From: Candidatus Thalassarchaeaceae archaeon
GTDB taxonomy: Archaea; Thermoplasmatota; Poseidoniia; Poseidoniales; Thalassarchaeaceae
Direction of reading: 5' to 3'
NCBI GenBank assembly: GCA_030747675.1
Contig: JASLKH010000066.1
Location: 1-33,148, forward strand
DNA length: 33,148 nt
Under the pieces are notes generated by a model. That model saw only the letters and a list, made by a program, of their open reading frames with translations, searched no databases and had not been told where the DNA came from. Of the stretch, positions 18,128-25,834 are shown one piece after another. Position 1 is the stretch's first letter. Every line of letters starts with the position of its first letter. The position numbers and the translations under genes were made by a program.

Positions 18128-19219
18128 TTAAGGCCATTCATTTGAAGGCCATTCTAAGTTTGAGCGGGACCAAAATTTGACATTATCTCCACCCCAATTA
18201 CTGGTGCCAATCATATTCAGTCCAGCATTCTCCATCAGAGTAGCATCTAAATTTGCTTTTGGTCCTTCCCCAAGTTCAACACTAGATTGGATGATAATTG
18301 CTCGATCAACTAATTTTTCTTCAAGAAACTGCTTCCAAACGCTCGCCCCCCCCTCTACCAGAATGTCCTGAATACCTCTGTCGCCGAGATGATCGAGTAG
18401 CGCATTGAGATTGACACCATTATTTCCAGAGGGTAAGGTAACACCTTGTGAATCTGATAGAGAATGAACAATGATAGTTTCACCTCCGTCAGTGAGTAGA
18501 ATTGCCGATTTAGGGGTCCTTAGAGATCGGTCGAGAACAATACGAAGTGGTTGTTGACTTTGGCCTAGGGGTACACGCCTGATATTCAGCTGTGGATTAT
18601 CTTTGACGACTGTATTGACTCCGACTACTATTGCGTCACAATGACGTCGTAATCGGTGTGCAGCATCAAGTGAAATTTCAGATGTGAATCGGCCTGAAAA
18701 ATTCCCATCGATGACACCGTTTACATCCATTGCAGCCTTCAATGTAACAAGAGGTCTTCTATGTTCACACCAATTCATGAATGATTGCATTTGAAGTCTC
18801 GCCTTTGTTCCAAGCAACCCCTCTCTAACTGATATTCCAGCATCTAGTAAAACTTTGATTCCTTCTCCTCTAACCATAGGGTTTGGGTCACGTGTAGCCA
18901 CAATGACATCTTTTACACCAGCCCAAAGTAGTGCTTGAGTGCAAGGTGGTGTTAGTCCAAAATGATTGCATGGTTCAAGAGTAACGTATGCCATTGCCCC
19001 CTCTGTTGTTACTCCTCTTGATTCCGCATCTGCAATTGCAGCCTGCTCAGCGTGTAAATCTCCTAGATGATTATGCCATCCTTCAGCAATGATTCTCCCA
19101 TTCAATACCAATACACACCCTACTGGTGGATTTGGAGAAACTTGACCTCGCCCGCGTTCGGCTAACCCAATTGCACGATTCATACACGCAATATCAAACT
19201 CTGACCACACCTCTGCCAT
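18128..19219 (-). CDS. ribD: Bifunctional riboflavin biosynthesis deaminase/reductase RibD
   Basis: SPNPPVGCVLV, HAEQAAI, YVTLEPCNHFGLTPPC (Zn deaminase); VTLKAA, DNPQLNIR, ILVEGG (reductase). ATG at 19219 after GAAGGAC is preferred to 19324. Confidence 0.94.
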   Translation of the reverse strand: MAEVWSEFDIACMNRAIGLAERGRGQVSPNPPVGCVLVLNGRIIAEGWHNHLGDLHAEQAAIADAESRGVTTEGAMAYVTLEPCNHFGLTPPCTQALLWAGVKDVIVATRDPNPMVRGEGIKVLLDAGISVREGLLGTKARLQMQSFMNWCEHRRPLVTLKAAMDVNGVIDGNFSGRFTSEISLDAAHRLRRHCDAIVVGVNTVVKDNPQLNIRRVPLGQSQQPLRIVLDRSLRTPKSAILLTDGGETIIVHSLSDSQGVTLPSGNNGVNLNALLDHLGDRGIQDILVEGGASVWKQFLEEKLVDRAIIIQSSVELGEGPKANLDATLMENAGLNMIGTSNWGGDNVKFWSRSNLEWPSNEWP

Positions 19220-19348
19220 GTCCTTCGGGATGGGTAGAAGATACCCGTTCTTTTCGGTCTGAAAATCAGGCTTACCAGTTATTATTTGAATAATTATTGG
19301 GATTTGCTTACGAGGAAGACTCATGGTGTCCTCCCCTCTTCGATTAAC

Positions 19349-20377
19349 ATGGTTCGAATTGCATGCATTGTCAACCCGGCTGGTCGCGATGGTACTGTTC
19401 GCAAACGCTGGCCAGCAATTTTGGAATTAATTGAAGCCGAAGGATTGGATTGTGAAATTCATTGGACAGAGAGAACAGGCCATGCATCTGAAATAGCATT
19501 CAGTTTGCGAAATCGCGAGGATCTTGATTTGGTTGTTGCAGTTGGTGGTGACGGTACGATGAATGAAGTTGCTAGTGGTTTGCGAGGTTCAGACATGACT
19601 CTTGGAATAATTCCAATGGGAAGCGGAAATGATTACGCACGTGCACATGGAATACCTCTTCGCAAGCCAGCATTAGCGGTACCACTCCTCAAAAAAGGTG
19701 TAGATAGAAGAGTAGGTGCAATACGGATAGATGGTTATGCAGCTCCAGCATTAACTCATTACCCCTCTCCTGAAGAAACTGAATGGGATGGAATTGCAGA
19801 TGAAAAAGACATGGTTCGTCGCTGGGCGTTCCTAGAATCAGATGGAGGTACAACAAGTGATGTTTCTCGTCGAAAAACACTAGGGCAAGGCAAACGAATT
19901 CGTGGAACGATGAAGTACACATATCTTGGAATAAAAAGTATTCTTGGTTGGGAAAAGCAAGATGCTTGGTTAAAAGTCGACAATGAAGTCCATGGTCGTA
20001 AGGACATGAGTGGATTATTTACTGCAATTATGACTGAAACATTTGGTGGAGGTTACCGAGTTGCTCCTGGGATGTGTGTTACTCGGGAGTCATTTGATTT
20101 AATTCTCGCAAATGGGTTATCCAAATCACAGATGCTTCGAATTATGGGTCCTTTGAAAAAAGGAACGCATGTAGGTAAGTGGGGAATATCACAGCAATCA
20201 GCTGAACGATTTGAAATCCGTAATGTTGGTGAAAATGATCAGCCCAACAACAACCCCCACAACCCTCCAATGTGGGTTCAAGTTGATGGAGAACCTTGTT
20301 TAATGGCTCCAGCTGTTTTACAATTTGTCCCCAATCAATTAACTGTACGAGGCGGGCCCAATCTGCCCAATGAATAA
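19349..20377 (+). CDS. Diacylglycerol/lipid kinase family protein (YegS/DgkB-like)
   Basis: IVNPAG, VVAVGGDGTMNEV, GIIPMGSGNDYAR, FGGG and QVDGEP. ATG at 19349 is preferred to 19286. Confidence 0.88.
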   Translation: MVRIACIVNPAGRDGTVRKRWPAILELIEAEGLDCEIHWTERTGHASEIAFSLRNREDLDLVVAVGGDGTMNEVASGLRGSDMTLGIIPMGSGNDYARAHGIPLRKPALAVPLLKKGVDRRVGAIRIDGYAAPALTHYPSPEETEWDGIADEKDMVRRWAFLESDGGTTSDVSRRKTLGQGKRIRGTMKYTYLGIKSILGWEKQDAWLKVDNEVHGRKDMSGLFTAIMTETFGGGYRVAPGMCVTRESFDLILANGLSKSQMLRIMGPLKKGTHVGKWGISQQSAERFEIRNVGENDQPNNNPHNPPMWVQVDGEPCLMAPAVLQFVPNQLTVRGGPNLPNE

Positions 20378-21667
20378 TCACAGTGAGAAATCACTGAAAT
20401 CATCATCGTCTTCTTTGTGTGGTGGGTCTTGGACCACCGAATCGCTTTCAGAATCATTCTTTGATACTGTTTTTCGGGTCTTACGAGTTTTGCGAACATT
20501 CTTTTTAAATTGCTTAATAGGATCTTTAGATATTACTTCTTCTATTTTCCCTTCAGATTTTGGCTTTACATTCGGACGAGATGTTCTAGTTACTCCTCCA
20601 GTCACTCTTTGACCCCGTCTTCCTCCTCCAAATTCTTGGACGATACCTCGGAGACCTTTTTGCTTCAATTCTTGTTCCATTGCATGATCTGCTTGCATTT
20701 CCTTGATCTCTTCTTCGAATTTTTTAGCCTCTTCTGTCGCAGTTACTCCTGTTCCAGCGACATAATGTTGAGGCTCTTTGTCACTATCAGCTGAGTCAAG
20801 CACAGCACTCACATCAAATGTAGCAGCAACATTCGATTTATTGCCATCTCCAGTATTTCCCTTCCCAGATGTGGCTGCCTCAACTCTTGCATCATGGCGT
20901 TTTGCCTCTATTGCAGCAGACTTACCTGCTCGTAATTGAGAAGCAGAGAGCATAGTTTGTGCCCGCTCTTCAGCAGACATCATGACAACATTCCTTGAAA
21001 ATATATACATCGCACCTGCCCCTACAATGGATAGTAATAGGATGATGGTATACAATGTCCTACCGAAGAGTGGCACATCCCCTTTGACAATTTCATTACT
21101 TGAATCAACAACTCTTTCACCATTCCCATAGGTAATAGAAGTCACTAAGAAATTACCATCGCCTAGGGAATAACCACTGATTTCGATGGCTTGGTTGGTA
21201 TCTAGATACAAAATCGCATCCATGACATTTTCATTTTCCGGGACTAAACCAATAACCATCCAATCATCACCATAATCCTCCAAAATTTTTGCTAGGGTTG
21301 GTGATTCCCAATCTTTCTCAAGGTTTGCAATGCTGACGTATACATCAGTTGGATCTACATCCTGCGCACTAGAATAGGACATTTCTTTGACAATCCATGA
21401 TGCCATGGCTCGATAACTGCGTGAAGGTGATTCAAAACTTCGAGTTTGGACAAGTCTACCTGTGATTGTACTTTCATTTTCACTAACAACAGTAATTTCA
21501 TCTGTAGTGGAGGCGCCCAAATTATTCCAAATAGTTAGATTATTGTCTTCAAAATCCGTGCTGTATTCGCCAGAACCAGTGCCCCATGCTACATCAGTAT
21601 CGGACAAACATCCAGCTAACGCAGGCATGAGCAGCAAGAAGAATAGCAGAGGGGCAACGCGTCGCAC
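20378..21667 (-). CDS. Hypothetical lipoprotein-like membrane protein
   Basis: MRRVAPLLFFLLLMPALAGC lipobox, an internal TM (TLYTIILLLSIVGAGAMYIF) and a long charged, low-complexity cytoplasmic tail. Confidence 0.7.
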   Translation of the reverse strand: MRRVAPLLFFLLLMPALAGCLSDTDVAWGTGSGEYSTDFEDNNLTIWNNLGASTTDEITVVSENESTITGRLVQTRSFESPSRSYRAMASWIVKEMSYSSAQDVDPTDVYVSIANLEKDWESPTLAKILEDYGDDWMVIGLVPENENVMDAILYLDTNQAIEISGYSLGDGNFLVTSITYGNGERVVDSSNEIVKGDVPLFGRTLYTIILLLSIVGAGAMYIFSRNVVMMSAEERAQTMLSASQLRAGKSAAIEAKRHDARVEAATSGKGNTGDGNKSNVAATFDVSAVLDSADSDKEPQHYVAGTGVTATEEAKKFEEEIKEMQADHAMEQELKQKGLRGIVQEFGGGRRGQRVTGGVTRTSRPNVKPKSEGKIEEVISKDPIKQFKKNVRKTRKTRKTVSKNDSESDSVVQDPPHKEDDDDFSDFSL

Positions 21668-21743
21668 ATTGACTTGAAGTCTGCTTTCGTTGAAGATATT
21701 TCGCTTTACTAATGGTCCGATAAATCCTTTATTCGAACAGGTT

Positions 21744-22508
21744 TCATCTCACGAAAAGCCATTCTTTTTTATCGGATTTATCGGGTTTGAATTGGTACCC
21801 CTCAATGTCAAAATCCTTCAATTCATCAGCATTTTGAATTTTATTCTTTATGATGTATCTAGCCATCTCGCCTCTTGCTCTTTTTGCGGAGAAACTGATT
21901 AACTTGAGTTTACCATCTCGCATTTCTTTGAAAGAAGGAGTAATGACATTCAATTTTAGATTAGGTCGTGCAACTGATTTGAAGTATTCATTAGATGCTA
22001 AATTGATGAGGTTTCCATCACCAGAAAAAGTCGCCCGTTCTTGTAGTAGTGTCGCTATTTCATCTCCCCAATATGTGTACAAATTTGATCCTCTATTGGT
22101 GCTAAGACGTGTACCCATTTCCAAACGATGTGGCTGAATTAGATCCAATGGCCGCAATAGCCCATATAGTCCAGAGAGAATTCCAAGGTGTTTTTGAGCG
22201 AACTCCCAATCCTCATTTTTGAAATCACTTGATTTTAGGCCGACATATGTGTCTCCATCAAACATCAAAGCAGCAGGCTTCGCCTCTTCTGAATCGGTAT
22301 TTTGTGAAAATGATTGATACCGTTCATAGTTCAGTTCAGATAGTTTTTCGGAAATTTTCATCATACTCCCTATGTCTTCAGCACTCTTATTTTTCAGTTC
22401 AGAAATTAGACCTGAAGTATGATCAATTAATGAGGGGTGGGTGTAATTCAGACTTCGGTCCCAACCTGAGGAATTCAGTTTTTTTGCGGGTGAGATTACT
22501 GCATACAT
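21744..22508 (-). CDS. yaaA: Peroxide-stress protein YaaA (UPF0246/DUF328)
   Basis: ISPAKKL, FDGDTY, LSGLYGLLRPLDLIQPHRLEMGT, LINLASNEYF and SFSAKRARG. ATG at 22508 after GGTGG is preferred. Confidence 0.93.
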   Translation of the reverse strand: MYAVISPAKKLNSSGWDRSLNYTHPSLIDHTSGLISELKNKSAEDIGSMMKISEKLSELNYERYQSFSQNTDSEEAKPAALMFDGDTYVGLKSSDFKNEDWEFAQKHLGILSGLYGLLRPLDLIQPHRLEMGTRLSTNRGSNLYTYWGDEIATLLQERATFSGDGNLINLASNEYFKSVARPNLKLNVITPSFKEMRDGKLKLISFSAKRARGEMARYIIKNKIQNADELKDFDIEGYQFKPDKSDKKEWLFVR

Positions 22509-22546
22509 TTCATCCACCAATATCACTATGTTAACCTAATATCAAT

Positions 22547-24151
22547 CTAATGTTCGTGTTCGTCATGATTTGAATACTCGTCGCACCATGCTTGCTTCTC
22601 ATCTGACCACACTTCATCTGTCATGCAGTCGTACCACACCTCAGTCTCTTCTTCAAGAAGATATTCCAAGTCTTCGATAAAATCGGATGTGTCCCAGTCC
22701 GAACCAGTGTAGACAATCCGTTTGTGCCCATTTTTGTCAATAATGAATGTTACAGTATTATGTCCTACTTCGTAAACCTCGTCATCACCCATATTCATTC
22801 CGTGCTCACCATGATGGTTGTCCATTCCAACACTGCTTTGAGAATCATCTGTGCCCGGTGGTGCTTGATTTTGAACCCACATATGAGAGTTACAATAATT
22901 TTCATTTTCTATTAACATTGTATGGGTATGCATATTGTAACATCCCGTAAACACAGTTGCACCATAATTGATGTAATAATTGAATGCATCACATTCAGAT
23001 TGTGACATATTCGAATTTGGTATATGTGTACCACTATTATAGCAACCAGTGAATGATGATCCATCCTGCATAGTATGGTTCTCCAAATACATATACGATT
23101 CACAATTGGTTTCGTTATCATTAGATACTGAATGTGAGGCCATATTGTAACAGATATCTTGTCCATCATTCATCGTGTAATTTTCAAAATATGAATAGGA
23201 TTCACATGCTATTTGTTGACTGTCTTCAGTCAAGGCATGTGTATCCATATTGTAACAGACCATATTGCTATCTGGTGTTGGTAGATATGTGATGTTTGCA
23301 TTTGATGCAACCCAAGCAATGTGATCAGTGTCTTGCATGACAATGATATCATCTGCCCCTTTGTCGGGGTCATAATCCCAAGATGAATTAGTTTCATTCC
23401 AATAGTATAGGTTCCACCACCACGAGGAGTCACTTGGTGTAACATAGTTGTCAATCCCTGTTAACATATTTCCGCAGCATTCGTATGCAGTTGAATTTAT
23501 TGAGATATTATTCATCATCATCGTGCTTGTGGTTAGGTTCCATCCAGTAGGATTTTCCTCTGGTAACATATCATGATGCCCATCTAGTAACGCCGTTGTG
23601 CTGTCAGGATAGAGCACTGCAACTTGATGTAGCATTACAGAATGATTCTGATGCTCATCATGATTTGAGTGATCAGAATTGATGTGGTCATTATCAACAA
23701 GTAGGTTGTAGTTGTCCCAAACTCCAGTACGATTATCATTAGTGAAGTCTGAAGAATTATCACTAGTAAGGTGTGGCCAAGTGTAACCTCGTGCTTCAGT
23801 CCATTCAAGCAAATTCTCAGGTGTATCCCTTGCTGGGTCAATAGTAATTGATAAGATGACCAAATCTTCTTCTTCTCCCAATTCATTGTGCACTGTTTTC
23901 AAATTTGCTTCAATAGCTAAGCAAACATCGGGGCAGTGTGTATATGTGAAAGCAATAACTACAACTTTCCCATCAAAATCAGAGAGTGAAATAACTTGCC
24001 CGTCTTGAGAATAGAGAACAAAATCTGGCGCATTGGATGCAGGGTTGTATTCCATTCCATTGAAATCGTAATCATCCTTGTTAGATCCATTGCCAAGACA
24101 TCCAGAGAGTGCAATTAAAAAAGTCATCAAGAATGCTACTTTCTTGCTCAT
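22547..24151 (-). CDS. sco1: SCO1/SenC copper chaperone lipoprotein with a ~300-aa multi-domain insertion
   Basis: Lipobox ALSGC; FTYTHCPDVC (CxxxC at nt 23935-23921); SITIDPARDTPE; the distal His in VGHNTVTFIIDKNG (nt 22762-22760) is displaced by the insert. ATG at 24151 is preferred to 24169. Confidence 0.88.
   Translation of the reverse strand: MSKKVAFLMTFLIALSGCLGNGSNKDDYDFNGMEYNPASNAPDFVLYSQDGQVISLSDFDGKVVVIAFTYTHCPDVCLAIEANLKTVHNELGEEEDLVILSITIDPARDTPENLLEWTEARGYTWPHLTSDNSSDFTNDNRTGVWDNYNLLVDNDHINSDHSNHDEHQNHSVMLHQVAVLYPDSTTALLDGHHDMLPEENPTGWNLTTSTMMMNNISINSTAYECCGNMLTGIDNYVTPSDSSWWWNLYYWNETNSSWDYDPDKGADDIIVMQDTDHIAWVASNANITYLPTPDSNMVCYNMDTHALTEDSQQIACESYSYFENYTMNDGQDICYNMASHSVSNDNETNCESYMYLENHTMQDGSSFTGCYNSGTHIPNSNMSQSECDAFNYYINYGATVFTGCYNMHTHTMLIENENYCNSHMWVQNQAPPGTDDSQSSVGMDNHHGEHGMNMGDDEVYEVGHNTVTFIIDKNGHKRIVYTGSDWDTSDFIEDLEYLLEEETEVWYDCMTDEVWSDEKQAWCDEYSNHDEHEH
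22880..23257 (-). repeat. Four ~35-aa protein repeats, C-Y-N-x3-H-x9/10-C, inside the SCO protein
   Basis: CYNMDTHALTEDSQQIACESY, CYNMASHSVSNDNETNCESY, CYNSGTHIPNSNMSQSECDAF, CYNMHTHTMLIENENYCNSH. Confidence 0.88.
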
Positions 24152-24208
24152 ATTACCATCTCGCAACATTATGAGTATAGTAGTTTGTTTTTACCGCTTA
24201 GACAAAAG

Positions 24209-24294
24209 TGGCGCGGACGGAGAGATTTGAACTCCCGCGGTAAATTACCACCGGATTTCAAATCCGGCGCGATACCAGGCTATGCGACGTCCGC
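24209..24294 (-). tRNA. tRNA-Ser (anticodon TGA)
   Basis: Acceptor GCGGACG/CGTCCGC plus G and an encoded CCA, anticodon arm CCGGA-TTTGAAA-TCCGG, long variable arm, T-loop GTTCAAATC. Confidence 0.96.
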
Positions 24295-24339
24295 TTGGAA
24301 GGCCCTGAACCCATCTTACCCATATGCGTTTCAGGTGAA

Positions 24340-24717
24340 TCAGTAGTAATTCCCGGGTCGACACCATGCAGGCAGTCCACCAGCAGCACCCGGGTGCGTT
24401 AAACCGATGAAGAGAACCATCACAATAATGAAAAAGACAGGAAATAAAGCGGTAGCAGTCAAAACCTGACTATCTGGGTCACCTTTAAGATGCATGAAAA
24501 TAGCTGCAATTCCATATCCCTTTACAATTCCAACAATGACTAAAATCCATACAACAGTAGTCATGCTAACAGTTCCTTTCATTGAGAAAGTTAGTGCAAC
24601 TGCAACGACTTCAATTGCTGTAAAAATCATCAGTATTGCAAAATTCATGTTGTACGCATCAAAGCCAAACAGTGTGTGGTGGTGTTCGTGTTCATCATGG
24701 TGTGTTTCTTCACTCAT
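24340..24717 (-). CDS. coxD: Heme-copper oxidase subunit IV (prokaryotic CoxD/CtaF-like)
   Basis: Three TM helices, FTAIEV and IAAIFMHLKGD motifs, His-rich N-terminus; last protein gene of the cox block. Confidence 0.8.
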   Translation of the reverse strand: MSEETHHDEHEHHHTLFGFDAYNMNFAILMIFTAIEVVAVALTFSMKGTVSMTTVVWILVIVGIVKGYGIAAIFMHLKGDPDSQVLTATALFPVFFIIVMVLFIGLTHPGAAGGLPAWCRPGNYY

Positions 24718-24730
24718 TTCTTCTTCCTCC

Positions 24731-25834
24731 CTAATACAAATAGAATGCTGGGAATACCAACACCCAAACTAAATCGACAAAGTGCCAATACAATCCAAAG
24801 TACTCGATACTAACTGCGTTTGCAGGTGTGTATCCCCCTTGGAACGCTTTGATTACCATATAGAATAGTGCCACCATTCCGCCAAAGACGTGAACTCCGT
24901 GGGTTCCAGTGGTCACGTAGAATGTAGAAGCAGACATTCTTACATCAACGATGTATGATTGCATCGCTCCTTCAGCACAATGATGCCCATCCCATTCAGA
25001 GCAGACTTGATATGTGTATTCGCTAGCATGTATGGTAAAACCATCTTCAAGTAAACTTGGAGAATAGAATAGAGGGTCATCGTGTGACCCAATCTCAAAC
25101 CCAATGAACCATTCCACCATCTTGAATATCAAGAATAATGTAGCCAATAGAAGTGTTGTTAGAAGGTACTTTCCAACTTTTCTACTGCGTTCCGCCTCAC
25201 TCAAACTCTTGTCTTTCGCAGTCTTAAGTGCTAGGACAATTGTAAATGATGAAATAATCAGTGCGAATGTATTGATTGCTCCAGGAATTAATGTATCAGG
25301 CATGAATCCCACAGCTGCATGGGCAGTTTCCTGATGCCAACCACCTTCTGCAATGAAGTAAGACGCAGGGAGCCAGCAGGGAGATCCCGGCTCAAATCCA
25401 GGTGTCCCTACAACTGATGCGCAACTGGGTATTCCAGAACGATATCGGATGTATGTGCTGAATAGGCTACTAAATACCATCATTTCAGACATTAGGAACA
25501 TCCAAAGTGCAATCTTACGAACATCGATATTACGGAATGGAACCCCCCTCGATTTGGCTTCATAGGAACCATCATGTCCCCAATCTTGTTTCCAGAATAT
25601 AATTATTCCAGCAAAGAAAATTGCTAGGCCAGTAATAAGTAGCCATACTTCACCCACATTGACCGCATATTCCCAAAAGCCATCTCCAGTATCATTCCAT
25701 GATTGTGTAAACACTTTTGCGAATCCAAGAAGGAAGATGCTTGAACCAAATGCCATCATAATAGGGGCCCATGAATTATGTGGTGTATGCCACCCATGAT
25801 GATCATCATGATGCTCGTTATTTCCGTAACTCAT
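24731..25834 (-). CDS. coxC: Cytochrome c oxidase subunit III
   Basis: WMFLMSEMMVFSSLF, INTFALIISS, FYVTTGTHGVHV and GLYWHFVDLVW. ATGA overlap with the subunit I stop. Confidence 0.93.
   Translation of the reverse strand: MSYGNNEHHDDHHGWHTPHNSWAPIMMAFGSSIFLLGFAKVFTQSWNDTGDGFWEYAVNVGEVWLLITGLAIFFAGIIIFWKQDWGHDGSYEAKSRGVPFRNIDVRKIALWMFLMSEMMVFSSLFSTYIRYRSGIPSCASVVGTPGFEPGSPCWLPASYFIAEGGWHQETAHAAVGFMPDTLIPGAINTFALIISSFTIVLALKTAKDKSLSEAERSRKVGKYLLTTLLLATLFLIFKMVEWFIGFEIGSHDDPLFYSPSLLEDGFTIHASEYTYQVCSEWDGHHCAEGAMQSYIVDVRMSASTFYVTTGTHGVHVFGGMVALFYMVIKAFQGGYTPANAVSIEYFGLYWHFVDLVWVLVFPAFYLY

Noticed and set aside
19220-19348. Possible FMN riboswitch upstream of ribD
   Set aside because: No RFN-element consensus is visible; only short AT-rich or 5-bp inverted repeats.
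24209-24294. Possible selenocysteine tRNA or prophage attachment site
   Set aside because: The anticodon is TGA (Ser), not TCA, and the acceptor stem is the normal 7 bp. No duplicated tRNA 3' end or integrase was seen in the window.
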